A stretch of 64,000 nt of DNA, taken from positions 14,750 to 78,749 of the forward strand of contig JBMSKF010000003.1 in NCBI GenBank assembly GCA_049419605.1, written 5' to 3'. The notes under the pieces are model-generated. The model saw only the letters and a program-made list of their open reading frames with translations, was not told the origin of the DNA and did not search any database. The DNA comes from Bacilli bacterium (GTDB taxonomy: Bacteria; Bacillota_I; Bacilli_A; RFN20; CAG-826). A program made the translations under genes and the position numbers. Position 1 is the first letter of the stretch; each line of letters opens with the position of its first letter. Shown here piece after piece: positions 47,616-58,020 of the stretch.

Positions 47616-49805
47616 ATGAATATAAATAAAAAAACTTCCTCATTTCATACATTTGGAGATGTACAAGAAAAATATTTTGCCTACATTAGCAATCCAGAAG
47701 ATCGCGCATTAATTGAACGTGCTTATAAGTTTGCCGATGATAAACATGCTGGCATCTTAAGAAAAAGTGGTGAACCATATATTCATCACTTAATCGAAGT
47801 TGCATATATATTGGCTTCCTTACAAGGTGGACCCCATACGATCGCAGCAGGTTTTTTACACGATGTTGTGGAAGATACCTCTGTTACCGTCGAAGACTTA
47901 AAAACTATCTTTAATGAAGATATTGCCTCGCTTGTCGAGTCCCTAACCAACATTCAACGTTTAAAACTTTCTCATCGAAAACCAGAAGATTTTGCCGCAG
48001 AAGATCATCGAAAAATATTTTTAGGTATGGCTCGTGACATTCGTGTCATCATTATTAAACTTGCAGATCGTCTGCATAATATGCGCACACTGCAAGCGTT
48101 ATCTCCAACTCGTCAAAAGGTCCTCGCCAAAGAATCACTAGAAGTTTTTGCTCCGATTGCCCACCGGTTAGGTATGTTTGAAATCAAAACCGAACTGGAG
48201 GATTTATCGATCCAATATTTAGAACCAGAGAAATTCCAAATGGTTGTGGATCAATTGGATAAACGGACCAAAAATCGGGAAAAGTCACTCGATGAAGTCA
48301 AAAAGAAAATTGCAGACATGTTACTGCAGTATCATATTAACTTTTCAATCGAATCGCGAATTAAAGGTATCTATTCTATCTATCGAAAAGTCTTTATCCA
48401 AGAACATAATTTTGACGAAGTTTATGATATTCTTGCGATTCGCTTAATCACGGATACCGTTGCCCATTGTTATGAAATTCTTGGTTATATCCATGCGATG
48501 TTTACCCCCTTATCCAATCGATTTAAAGATTACATTGCCGCTCCAAAACCAAACTTATATCAATCCCTTCACACGACGATTATCGCCAAGGATGGCCAAG
48601 TGTTTGAAGTGCAAATTCGTACCAAAGAAATGAACGAATTAGCAGAAACTGGTGTTGCCGCTCACTGGCGATATAAAGAAGGCACCAATTACAGTCCACA
48701 AAAAGAACAAAAAGAAATCGAAGAAAAACTTTTTTGGTTTCGTGACCTCATCACCCTAGCAGATAAAGAAGGGGATGCTAAAGAAGTAATGGAAAATCTT
48801 CAAAAGGATATTTTTGAAGCGCAAGTCTATGTATTTACCCCCAAAGGAAAACTCGTAGAATTACCAAATGGTTCAACGCCTTTAGACTTTGCATATCGGG
48901 TTCATACCGGTGTGGGTCACGCTGCCGTTGGTGCCATAGTCAATGGTTCTTTAGTTCCATTAAATACCATTTTAAAAACCGGTGATGTCATCGAAATTCG
49001 CACCTCTAATAGTTCACCAGGACCCAACGAAGGTTGGTTGAAAATTGCTCATACGGCGACTGCAAAAAATCATATTCGTAAGTTTTTACAAAAGAAAAAC
49101 AACGATATGCTTCGCGAGGAAAAAATTGTCAAAGGTAAACAAAACTGCCTTGATGCTTTTCGTGAACACGGTATTGGGGAAAAAGAAATGCTCACCTTGG
49201 TCAATCAACCCCATGTTTTAGCAAAATTTAATATGCCAACCTTAGATGATTTATTCCTTGGAATGAATAATCGTAATCCTGCACCTGCTGCCATTATCGA
49301 ATTTTTAAATATCAAGAAAAAGCCAATCTTTACCTTAGGTAAAAAACCCATTAGTAGCAACAAAGCAGCAGTATTAGTTCCCTCTGCTGGCAAGGTCGCA
49401 ATTACATTAGGTAGCTGTTGTACGCCAATACCCGGCGATGATATTGTTGGGTTTATAACCAAGGGTAAAGGGATTACGGTTCATCGTATCCATTGTCCTA
49501 ATATCAAACAAAGTCGCAATCGACTTACCGATGTCATTTGGAACGACCAACTTGAAACGAGTTTACATCCTGTTGATATTCGATTAGAAAGTAATGATCG
49601 TCAAAATTTAATCGTCGATGTGATGGGTGTTTTTTCCCAGTTAAAAGTATCGGTAACCAACTTAAATGCAATGGTTCACCCAACGACGCAAACCACGACG
49701 ATTCATTTAACGATTTTAGTGACAGATGCAAAGCGACTTAACGATATTTTTAATGTATTATTAAACATAGCCGGTGTCTATGGAATTCACCGCGTTACGC
49801 ACTAG
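47616..49805 (+). CDS. relA: bifunctional (p)ppGpp synthetase/hydrolase Rel
   Basis: 729 aa. HD hydrolase (HDVVEDT), synthetase (EVQIRT), TGS and ACT domains. Confidence 0.95.
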   Translation: MNINKKTSSFHTFGDVQEKYFAYISNPEDRALIERAYKFADDKHAGILRKSGEPYIHHLIEVAYILASLQGGPHTIAAGFLHDVVEDTSVTVEDLKTIFNEDIASLVESLTNIQRLKLSHRKPEDFAAEDHRKIFLGMARDIRVIIIKLADRLHNMRTLQALSPTRQKVLAKESLEVFAPIAHRLGMFEIKTELEDLSIQYLEPEKFQMVVDQLDKRTKNREKSLDEVKKKIADMLLQYHINFSIESRIKGIYSIYRKVFIQEHNFDEVYDILAIRLITDTVAHCYEILGYIHAMFTPLSNRFKDYIAAPKPNLYQSLHTTIIAKDGQVFEVQIRTKEMNELAETGVAAHWRYKEGTNYSPQKEQKEIEEKLFWFRDLITLADKEGDAKEVMENLQKDIFEAQVYVFTPKGKLVELPNGSTPLDFAYRVHTGVGHAAVGAIVNGSLVPLNTILKTGDVIEIRTSNSSPGPNEGWLKIAHTATAKNHIRKFLQKKNNDMLREEKIVKGKQNCLDAFREHGIGEKEMLTLVNQPHVLAKFNMPTLDDLFLGMNNRNPAPAAIIEFLNIKKKPIFTLGKKPISSNKAAVLVPSAGKVAITLGSCCTPIPGDDIVGFITKGKGITVHRIHCPNIKQSRNRLTDVIWNDQLETSLHPVDIRLESNDRQNLIVDVMGVFSQLKVSVTNLNAMVHPTTQTTTIHLTILVTDAKRLNDIFNVLLNIAGVYGIHRVTH

Positions 49806-49817
49806 AAAAGAGGAAAT

Positions 49818-51149
49818 ATGGACATTAAATTACCCAAAGGAACCAAAGATATTCTATTAGCGGAAGCTGAAGCCTATGAACAAGTTGAAAGTGCGTTGAT
49901 AAATGTCGCCAAGCTTTTCAGTTATGCTGCTATTCGCACACCGATCTTCGAACATACTGAACTGTTTACCCGTTCCGTTGGAGATGGCTCTGATATCGTT
50001 CGTAAAGAAATGTATACCTTTATTGATAAAGGCGACCGTTCCCTTTCTTTAAGACCAGAAATGACGGCGGGAGTGATTCGCTCCGTCGTTGAAAATAAAC
50101 TTGATGTTACGGCAGATCTGCCTTTAAAACTCTATTATGTAGGTCCTGCATTTCGTTATGAAAGACCCCAATTAGGCAGGTTCAGACAATTTCACCAATT
50201 TGGTGTTGAAAACATTGGTATTACCTCACCCCTATCTGTAGCCGAAACCATTTCTCTTGGCGTCACAGCTTTTACCGTGATGGGTTTTAAACAAGTCACA
50301 GTGAGTATCAATTCACTCGGTGATAGTGCGACACGGGATGCCTATCGCACTGCTTTAAAATCTTTTTATGAACCGCATTTATCGTCGGTATGCCCAGATT
50401 GCCAGCAACGTTTTCAAACCAATCCATTAAGAATGTTAGACTGTAAAGTTCCTGCCGATCAAGCTTTAGCAAAAAAGGCTCCTGAAATTTCTGCATTTCT
50501 TTCTGAAGAATCAAAAGGTTACTACTCCCAAGTCAAAGCAGCCTTACAAGCATTAAATGTTGAATTTAAAGAAGACCCTCAACTCGTCAGAGGATTAGAT
50601 TATTATGCAGATTGTGTTTTTGAATTTCATATGCTTTCAGATAAAGGACTTGATTATGGCGCGTTGGGTGCAGGTGGTCAATATAATAACCTCGTTAAAG
50701 AACTAGGCGGTCAACCCTTAAAGTCCGTTGGTTTCGCGTTTGGTCTTGAACGACTCATGGCCGTCCTCTCTGATAGTGGTCGCCTTGAAAATGTAAAACC
50801 TTTCACTGACATTTATATCATTTCGATGATGCCAGAAACTGACCTTTATGCTTTGAAACTATCGCATAATTTCCGGCACACTAACTTCAAAACTGAATTA
50901 AATGTTGAACATAAATCCATGAAAGCGTCTATTAAGGCTGCACTTAAAAAGGATGCAATTTATGCGGTCATTATTGGTGATCAAGAAATGAAAGCCAATC
51001 AAGTGACCATTAAGAATTTACAAACGCAAGAGCAACAACTGGTTCCTGTCAATGAAGTCGTGCACTTAATGCAACATTTAACGAATCAACCTGGCCACCA
51101 TCACCACGAAGAAAACGAAGACCATGAAGATCATGGTCATGGAGAGTAA
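49818..51149 (+). CDS. hisS: histidine--tRNA ligase with His/acidic C-terminal tail
   Basis: 443 aa. LRPEMTAGV and GGQYNNL. The tail is ...QPGHHHHEENEDHEDHGHGE. Confidence 0.95.
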   Translation: MDIKLPKGTKDILLAEAEAYEQVESALINVAKLFSYAAIRTPIFEHTELFTRSVGDGSDIVRKEMYTFIDKGDRSLSLRPEMTAGVIRSVVENKLDVTADLPLKLYYVGPAFRYERPQLGRFRQFHQFGVENIGITSPLSVAETISLGVTAFTVMGFKQVTVSINSLGDSATRDAYRTALKSFYEPHLSSVCPDCQQRFQTNPLRMLDCKVPADQALAKKAPEISAFLSEESKGYYSQVKAALQALNVEFKEDPQLVRGLDYYADCVFEFHMLSDKGLDYGALGAGGQYNNLVKELGGQPLKSVGFAFGLERLMAVLSDSGRLENVKPFTDIYIISMMPETDLYALKLSHNFRHTNFKTELNVEHKSMKASIKAALKKDAIYAVIIGDQEMKANQVTIKNLQTQEQQLVPVNEVVHLMQHLTNQPGHHHHEENEDHEDHGHGE

Positions 51150-51154
51150 TCACT

Positions 51155-52888
51155 ATGGTTTATCGTAGTCACACTAACGGTAGTCTTCGCATCAAGGATG
51201 TAGGGCAACAGGTTACATTAATAGGATGGGTCCAACGAAAAAGAAATCTCGGATCATTAATGTTTATTGATTTAAGAGATCGATCTGGCATCATTCAATT
51301 AATGATTAAAGATCCCAGCCAAGTTCCAGAAATAAAAAATGAATATTTAATTCAAGTTCAAGGTACCGTCGCCAAAAAGGCAGTTGCAAACCAAAATTTA
51401 TTAACCGGTGAGGTCGAAGTAGAAGTGTCCTCATTAACGGTCTTCAATGAATCGGAAGCATTACCACTCATCGTCGATGATGTCACGGATGCCGGTGAAG
51501 ATATTCGATTACAATATCGCTATTTAGATTTACGTCGTCGACCCATGCAAGAGATGTTGATCACGCGTAGTAAAATCATGAACGCATTTCATGCATTTTT
51601 TGCAAAACATGATTTTACCAATATCGAAACGCCATTATTAACTTTGTCTACTCCAGGTGGTGCCCGTGACTTTTTAGTTCCCTCCCGTTTAACGCCCGGT
51701 GCATTTTATGCCTTACCCCAATCTCCACAAATATATAAGCAATTATTAATGATTGGTGGTCTTGAGCGGTATTATCAAATTGCGAGATGTTTCCGAGATG
51801 AAGATTTACGCGCAGATCGTCAACCCGATTTTACTCAGATTGACGTCGAAGCTTCTTTTTTGAGTCAGGACGAATTTTTAAGGTTAATGGAAGAGGCTTT
51901 ACGTGATGTCTTTTTATCTGTAAAAGGTGTTGAGCTTCCTCAACCTTTTCCAAGACTGAGCTATGAAAAGGCGATGTCTCTTTATGGGACTGATAAACCT
52001 GACTTACGATTTGATTTACCTTTATCTGAAGTCCCAAGTCTTATCAAACAAGCGTTTGAAAAAGCAGGGTTTGAATCCCAAAATATCAAAGCATTAAGGC
52101 TACCCAATGCTTCCCAAGTTCTAACGCGAAAGGTTCTTGATGAATGGATGACATTTGTAAAACCATTTGGCATCAAAGGATTGGTCACTTTTAAACATGA
52201 TCAAGGGCAACTTCAAAGTTCCTTTTTAAAATTCATTCCACATGAATCACTTGGTGAATTAACGCAATCGCTTCGGTTAAATCCAGGTGATATGTATGTC
52301 GTTGGCTCACATTCCGATTTGACAGTACTTCATACAGCAATGGGGATTCTCAGAACCAAGGGTGCAAAATTATTAAATCTCATCGATGAAAAGAAATTTG
52401 CAATTGCTTGGGTTACGGATTTTCCTTTATTTGATACCAATGATGAAGGACAATTGGTTGCGGCGCACCATCCTTTTACGAGACCTCAAGATTCGCATCT
52501 ACCTATTTTAACCAGTCAACCAAAAAAGGTGCTAGCACAAGCTTATGACCTTGTCATTAATGGGTATGAAGCTGGTGGGGGCTCGATGAGAATCTATGAT
52601 AAGGTCATTCAAAAGCAAATCTTTACTTTGCTTGGTATGTCTGAAGAAGCGATTCAAAAGAAATTTGGATGGTTTATCCAAGCATTTAATTATGGAACAC
52701 CTCCCCATGGTGGCATTGCATTTGGTTTAGATCGCCTGACGATGATCCTTGCTGGCACAGATAACATTAAAGATGTCATCGCCTTTCCAAAAAATTTAAA
52801 AATGGTGGGTTTACTTGAAGGAACACCAAATACAGTTGAAAACAAACAACTCGATGAATTATCCATTCAAGTAAAGGAGAAAAAATGA
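51155..52888 (+). CDS. aspS: aspartate--tRNA ligase
   Basis: 577 aa. FRDEDLRADRQPDFTQID and GGIAFGLDRL. Confidence 0.96.
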   Translation: MVYRSHTNGSLRIKDVGQQVTLIGWVQRKRNLGSLMFIDLRDRSGIIQLMIKDPSQVPEIKNEYLIQVQGTVAKKAVANQNLLTGEVEVEVSSLTVFNESEALPLIVDDVTDAGEDIRLQYRYLDLRRRPMQEMLITRSKIMNAFHAFFAKHDFTNIETPLLTLSTPGGARDFLVPSRLTPGAFYALPQSPQIYKQLLMIGGLERYYQIARCFRDEDLRADRQPDFTQIDVEASFLSQDEFLRLMEEALRDVFLSVKGVELPQPFPRLSYEKAMSLYGTDKPDLRFDLPLSEVPSLIKQAFEKAGFESQNIKALRLPNASQVLTRKVLDEWMTFVKPFGIKGLVTFKHDQGQLQSSFLKFIPHESLGELTQSLRLNPGDMYVVGSHSDLTVLHTAMGILRTKGAKLLNLIDEKKFAIAWVTDFPLFDTNDEGQLVAAHHPFTRPQDSHLPILTSQPKKVLAQAYDLVINGYEAGGGSMRIYDKVIQKQIFTLLGMSEEAIQKKFGWFIQAFNYGTPPHGGIAFGLDRLTMILAGTDNIKDVIAFPKNLKMVGLLEGTPNTVENKQLDELSIQVKEKK

Positions 52889-54855
52889 GTATTGAACAAT
52901 TATCTATAAGTGCATTACGGGCACTTGCTATCGATGCAACGAATGCCGCAAAAAGTGGCCATCCTGGCATGCCAATAGGTTCGGCTCCAGCGGTTTACAC
53001 GTTATTCGCTAAGCATTTCATTAGTGATCCACAAAATCCAAATTGGATAAATCGTGATCGCTTTGTCCTATCTGCTGGCCATGCAAGTATGCTTCTTTAT
53101 GGGATATTGCATTTGGCAGGTTATGATTTACCAATTGAGCAACTTAAAAAGTTTCGGCAATTAGGAAGTCAAACACCTGGTCACCCCGAAGTTCACCTTA
53201 CTGCCGGTGTCGATGCCACAACAGGACCATTAGGTCAAGGACTTGCTCAGGCAGTAGGTTTCGCATTAGCAGAAAGAACCTTACGCGCGATGTATGCTCA
53301 AGAAGGATTGATTGACCACTATACTTATGTGTTAAGTGGCGATGGATGCTTACAAGAAGGTATTGCTCAGGAAGCAATTTCATTTGCAGGACATCAACAA
53401 CTTCATAAATTAATATTGATTTATGATGCCAATCAAGTGACATTAGATGGACCCTTAGGGATGTCGTTTTCGGAAGATGTTAAAAAACGTTTCCAAGCTT
53501 CAGGTTGGCAAGTGATTGTCGTTGAAGATGGTAAGGATGTTATTGCCCTTGATAAAGCGATTCGGAAAGCCAAACGAAGTCAAACTAAACCGACTATGAT
53601 TATGATGAAAACGATCATTGGTCAAGGTTCAAAAAATCAAGGTACCTATAAAGTTCATGGAAATCCATTAGGACAAGAAGATGGATTAATTGCCAAACAA
53701 AGTTATGGTTGGAACCACCCAGAGTTTTTTGTACCTCAAGACGTGTATGAACATTTAAAACTCACCTTTGGTAAACGAGGACATCTTCGTTATAAAAAAT
53801 GGATGCGTTTATGGCGTACCATTGAACAATCAAAACCAGATATCGCTAAACGCTTCACGCAAGGGGATCACCTTGATTTTACCCAATCTTTACCTAGCCC
53901 ATTGTTGCAGTTTCCTGTTGGCTATAAAGATGCCACTCGAAATACTTCATTTCAAGTTTTAAATGCTTTATCAAATCATTTACCCATGCTTGTTGGTGGA
54001 AGTGCGGATGTTGCAAAATCAGTCATGACTACCTTAGCCAATACCTCCGATATGACGGCACAACAACCCGCTGGTAAAAATATTAATTTTGGTATTCGTG
54101 AATTTGCGATGGCCTCTATACAAAACGGAATGATGCTCCATCGAGGTCTACGAGTTTATACTGGAACCTTTTTAGCTTTTGCAGATTATATGAAGCCTGC
54201 AATTCGTCTAGCCGCACTCAGTCATATTCCTTCCATTTTTGTTTTCTCCCATGACTCAGTCGCTCTTGGTGAAGATGGGCCAACCCATCAACCGATTGAT
54301 CAACTAGCGATGCTTCGTGCAATTCCTAATCTCAATGTGATTCGTCCTGCTGACGCCCATGAAACGTTAGCTGCATGGTTACAAGCAATTGGCGAAAAAA
54401 CAAGACCTACTGCCATCATTCTTACTCGACAAGGGGTACCGCTATTAAATGGGTCATCCATCGAAAAAGCAAATCAAGGTGCTTATGAAGTTTCTCCAAG
54501 TCAACAACCAGCCTCTTGGACGATTGTTGCCACTGGATCAGAAGTTTCCTTGGCAATAGAAACGCAAAAAAACTTGCTTCAAGTCGGCATCGATGTCCGA
54601 GTCATTTCTATGCCCTCTATGCATCAATTCTTAGCATTACCTTTAGCAGCACAAACTCAACTTATCCCTTCACCTGAGCAAACCATTACCCTTGAAGCTT
54701 TATCAACGTTTGGTTGGCATCGAATCGGTCATCATAATTTAGGTATTGATACGTTTGGTCAATCCGCTCCAGGCCCCATAGTAATGGCGTATTATGGCAT
54801 GGCCGCAGAAGCATTAACTAAAAAGATTGCATCCATCATCAAGCCAAGCTTTTAA
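52885..54855 (+). CDS. tkt: transketolase
   Basis: 656 aa. SGHPGMPIG and GDGCLQEG (ThDP motif). ATGA overlap with aspS. Confidence 0.95.
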   Translation: MSIEQLSISALRALAIDATNAAKSGHPGMPIGSAPAVYTLFAKHFISDPQNPNWINRDRFVLSAGHASMLLYGILHLAGYDLPIEQLKKFRQLGSQTPGHPEVHLTAGVDATTGPLGQGLAQAVGFALAERTLRAMYAQEGLIDHYTYVLSGDGCLQEGIAQEAISFAGHQQLHKLILIYDANQVTLDGPLGMSFSEDVKKRFQASGWQVIVVEDGKDVIALDKAIRKAKRSQTKPTMIMMKTIIGQGSKNQGTYKVHGNPLGQEDGLIAKQSYGWNHPEFFVPQDVYEHLKLTFGKRGHLRYKKWMRLWRTIEQSKPDIAKRFTQGDHLDFTQSLPSPLLQFPVGYKDATRNTSFQVLNALSNHLPMLVGGSADVAKSVMTTLANTSDMTAQQPAGKNINFGIREFAMASIQNGMMLHRGLRVYTGTFLAFADYMKPAIRLAALSHIPSIFVFSHDSVALGEDGPTHQPIDQLAMLRAIPNLNVIRPADAHETLAAWLQAIGEKTRPTAIILTRQGVPLLNGSSIEKANQGAYEVSPSQQPASWTIVATGSEVSLAIETQKNLLQVGIDVRVISMPSMHQFLALPLAAQTQLIPSPEQTITLEALSTFGWHRIGHHNLGIDTFGQSAPGPIVMAYYGMAAEALTKKIASIIKPSF

Positions 54856-54872
54856 AATGATAAAATAAAGTT

Positions 54873-55211
54873 ATGGCACAATACGTTGAAATTAATAACT
54901 ATTCTAAACTTGGTCAGTTAAACTTATCGCATCAGGTATTTTATCAGATTGCAGAATATGCCACTAACAAAGTAAGAGGGGCTAAGGTTTCTGCAAAAAG
55001 CAGTTTATTTAATATTTTTAAACCCATTTCAGTGAACATCAAAAAAGGGTTAGTAACAGTTTCGGTCACAGTCTCCTTAAATAAGAATGCCAATATCAAT
55101 GCAGTATGTTTGGCAATTCAAGAAGAAATTGCTTCCTCGTTATCTGCTTTTACTGAAATGGTCCCATTTCGTATTGACGTAAAAGTAGCAAATTTAGAAA
55201 AACTATCGTAA
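54873..55211 (+). CDS. Asp23/Gls24 family envelope stress protein (YqhY-like)
   Basis: 112 aa. Lies upstream of nusB as yqhY does in B. subtilis. Asp23-like sequence QIAEYATNKVRG... Confidence 0.75.
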   Translation: MAQYVEINNYSKLGQLNLSHQVFYQIAEYATNKVRGAKVSAKSSLFNIFKPISVNIKKGLVTVSVTVSLNKNANINAVCLAIQEEIASSLSAFTEMVPFRIDVKVANLEKLS

Positions 55212-55254
55212 GGATACACTATTTAAAACCTCGCTATGCTACAATATTTTTCGT

Positions 55255-55665
55255 ATGAATAAACCTTTAACTCGAAATCAAACGCATGAAGTAGCCATGA
55301 CGTTAATTTATAATGCACTAACTTTGGCTAAAATCGATTTACCTGTTGATTTAGAAAAGTTAATGGTGGATTTGTTAGAAGAACCTTATGACAATATTGA
55401 TCTTTATATTAAAGAAGTCGTATTCATGGCAATCAAACATCAAACAGCGATTGTTCACTTAATTAATCCTCATCTGGTCAAATGGACCTTTGATCGCTTA
55501 AACATGTTAACCCAAGCCATTTTTTTATTAGCAGTATCTCATTATCAGTATGTCAAAGATGTCGACAAAAAAGTCGTGATTGATAACGCAGTTAAGTTAG
55601 CAAAGAAATTTGTGGATGATAAAGATTATGCTTTCATCAACGCTATCCTGGATAAGGTATTATGA
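55255..55665 (+). CDS. nusB: transcription antitermination factor NusB
   Basis: 136 aa, helical. C-terminal FINAILDKV motif. Synteny with xseAB. Confidence 0.88.
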   Translation: MNKPLTRNQTHEVAMTLIYNALTLAKIDLPVDLEKLMVDLLEEPYDNIDLYIKEVVFMAIKHQTAIVHLINPHLVKWTFDRLNMLTQAIFLLAVSHYQYVKDVDKKVVIDNAVKLAKKFVDDKDYAFINAILDKVL

Positions 55666-55669
55666 ACGT

Positions 55670-56863
55670 ATGGAACCAAGATCGTATCTTACGATTAAAG
55701 AAATTAATAGTGCCATTAAAACTCACATCGAAGGGGACATTACTTTTCGTCACGTTATTTTAAAAGGTGAAGTCAGTAATTTTCGGCAGTATCCAAAAGC
55801 GTTATATTTTTCGTTAAAAGATCAAGAAGCAAAGATTAGTGCTGTATTTTTTTTATACGGAACCTATCCTAAATATTTACCCAAAGATGGAGATGAAGTC
55901 TTAGTAACTGGGTCTATTTCTGTGTATGTCAAAGATGGAAGTTATCAAATTAACGCCAAGCAAATTGAGTTATTTGGTCTTGGAGATCAATTACTCGCAT
56001 TGCAAAAATTAAAAGAAAAACTTCAAAAAGAAGGATTATTTGATGCAAATAAAAAGCGACCCTTACCACGCTATCCTCAACGAGTAGGGATGATTGCTGG
56101 TCGAGATTCTGCAGCATTAAAAGATTTAACCACAAATTTAAACCGTCGGTACCCAATAGCACAACAGATATTTTTTCCCTCGCTTGTTCAAGGATTGCTC
56201 GCACCTAAAGATTTAATTAGAGCCTTGTCGTTAGCCTATCAAGCTGACTTAGATGTTTTGATTATCGCTCGCGGTGGGGGTGCAGAAGAAGACCTTTCAG
56301 CTTTTAATGATGAGACTTTGGTGAGGAAAGTCGCGCAATCACCCGTGCCTACGATTGCAGCAATCGGTCACGAAATCAACCTTTCGTTAGTCGATCTAGT
56401 AGCTGACAAGCGAGTGTCTACCCCTACGGGTGCAGCAGAACTTGCGGTTCCAAACCAAGAAGATATCTATCAAGAGTTACATACAAGCGTTGAACGCGCC
56501 ATGCAAGCAATACAAAGTCAGCTTAAATTATTAACAAAGCAACTCCATGTTTTCCAAGAAAGACCTGTGTTGGTTACCCCGCTTGCGATGTACAACTTAA
56601 AAAAAGAGGCCCTTAAAAACTTTCAAACAAGGATACAAAATGCCATTCAAAGCTTATTTCAAAATCAACGTGCAAAGGCTAATCAATACCAGGCAAGTTT
56701 AAACGCCCTATCTCCGTATGCGGTTATTGATCGAGGCTATGCCCTGACTACCTTAGCGAGTGGTGAAGTTGTTAACTCACTAAAAGATGTCAAAATTGGG
56801 GACGTCATTGTAACCAAACTAAAAGATGGATCCTTCACCAGTGAAGTGAAGAAGAAAGGATAA
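55670..56863 (+). CDS. xseA: exodeoxyribonuclease VII large subunit
   Basis: OB-fold N-terminus (LTIKEINSAIK...GEVSNF) and ARGGGAEEDL. Start trimmed from 55610 to ATG 55670, after the nusB stop. Confidence 0.92.
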   Translation: MEPRSYLTIKEINSAIKTHIEGDITFRHVILKGEVSNFRQYPKALYFSLKDQEAKISAVFFLYGTYPKYLPKDGDEVLVTGSISVYVKDGSYQINAKQIELFGLGDQLLALQKLKEKLQKEGLFDANKKRPLPRYPQRVGMIAGRDSAALKDLTTNLNRRYPIAQQIFFPSLVQGLLAPKDLIRALSLAYQADLDVLIIARGGGAEEDLSAFNDETLVRKVAQSPVPTIAAIGHEINLSLVDLVADKRVSTPTGAAELAVPNQEDIYQELHTSVERAMQAIQSQLKLLTKQLHVFQERPVLVTPLAMYNLKKEALKNFQTRIQNAIQSLFQNQRAKANQYQASLNALSPYAVIDRGYALTTLASGEVVNSLKDVKIGDVIVTKLKDGSFTSEVKKKG

Positions 56864-56867
56864 AATT

Positions 56868-57068
56868 ATGGCAGAAAAAGAACTTGATGTTGAGGCGAGT
56901 TTAGCGAGGATAGAAGTGATTGTTAAAGCTTTAGAATCTGGCAAGCATTCCTTGCAAGAAAATTTAAAGCTTTTTGAGGAGGCAACCTCCTTGATGAAAA
57001 CTGTTGAAAAAGCACTGCAAGATGCAGAAAAGAAAATCCAATCTTTAGTAATAAAAGATAAAGAATAG
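56868..57068 (+). CDS. xseB: exodeoxyribonuclease VII small subunit
   Basis: 66 aa helical hairpin, LEEATSLMK-type. Follows xseA. Confidence 0.9.
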   Translation: MAEKELDVEASLARIEVIVKALESGKHSLQENLKLFEEATSLMKTVEKALQDAEKKIQSLVIKDKE

Positions 57069-57116
57069 TAAATAAGTATCATTAATTAGTAATAAAATAG
57101 TAGATAATTAGTATAA

Positions 57117-58001
57117 ATGAAGGTTTCAGAACTAATTGAACAATACATAAATGGATTGGTAACTGAAAGAGGTTTGTCGAAACAAACTCTAGAAAGTTAC
57201 CGTCATGATTTAATGATGTTTACATTATCCTTTTCACCCCCAAAAGAGAAGCTTGAAGATTTACAAAGTTTTGACCTCAAAGATTTCATTACCTTTCAAG
57301 CTAAATTAGGCATGAATAGTAGCACACTTCATCGTCGATTATCGACTGTTAAAAATTTCTTTTTGTATTTACAACGTGAAGGTTATTTTACCCAAAAGAT
57401 TCTGACTGTTAAACCTCCAAAAATGATGAAGTCATTGCCCAAAGTGATTCGCCCAGAAGAAATGGAAGCTTTACTGAATGCACCCCTAACTGAAACCTTA
57501 GATGGTTTAAGAGATCAAGCGATGATGGAAGTTATGTATGCGAGTGGTTTGAGAGTGTCAGAATTAATTCAATTAAAAAAAGCTGATATTAATGTCTTAA
57601 AGGCTACCATTCGTATTATTGGAAAGGGGCAAAAAACACGACTAGTGCCCATTGGTGAATATGCATTGCAACAAATCAAAGCGTATTTAGACAAACGACG
57701 CTTTGTTAATCCAAAAGAAGCGAGTTCATATTTGTTTATTAGTCGTTATGAGAAACCATTATCACGACAATTCTTCTTTAAAAGGATTAAGCATTATGCT
57801 CGTCAAGTTGGCATTTTAACTTCCATATCTCCCCACACCCTTCGTCATTCATTTGCTACCCACTTACTAGAACAAGGCGCTTCCTTAAGGGCGGTTCAAG
57901 AAATGTTGGGTCACACCCATTTATCGACAACACAAATCTATACCCATGTATCGGAAAAAAGAATCCTCTCTGCCTTTGATTTATACACCAAAAGAAAGTA
58001 A
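57117..58001 (+). CDS. xerD: tyrosine site-specific recombinase XerD/XerC type
   Basis: 294 aa. ASGLRVSEL, HTLRHSFATHLL, LGHTHLSTTQIYTH. Confidence 0.88.
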   Translation: MKVSELIEQYINGLVTERGLSKQTLESYRHDLMMFTLSFSPPKEKLEDLQSFDLKDFITFQAKLGMNSSTLHRRLSTVKNFFLYLQREGYFTQKILTVKPPKMMKSLPKVIRPEEMEALLNAPLTETLDGLRDQAMMEVMYASGLRVSELIQLKKADINVLKATIRIIGKGQKTRLVPIGEYALQQIKAYLDKRRFVNPKEASSYLFISRYEKPLSRQFFFKRIKHYARQVGILTSISPHTLRHSFATHLLEQGASLRAVQEMLGHTHLSTTQIYTHVSEKRILSAFDLYTKRK

Positions 58002-58020
58002 AATTAACTTAGGTAAAAAA

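Noticed and set aside
57946-58020. Long N-terminal extensions in the ORF track for deoB, and likewise glgB 6077, dUTPase 10436, ftsA 18949, lspA 24359, lon 33213, secDF-like 44959 and xseA 55610
   Set aside because: The extensions overlap the preceding gene or regulatory elements. They begin at TTG or GTG without an SD, or add residues unlike the family N-terminus. Downstream ATGs (GTG for lspA), with an SD, stop-codon overlap or leaderless geometry, reproduce canonical N-termini.
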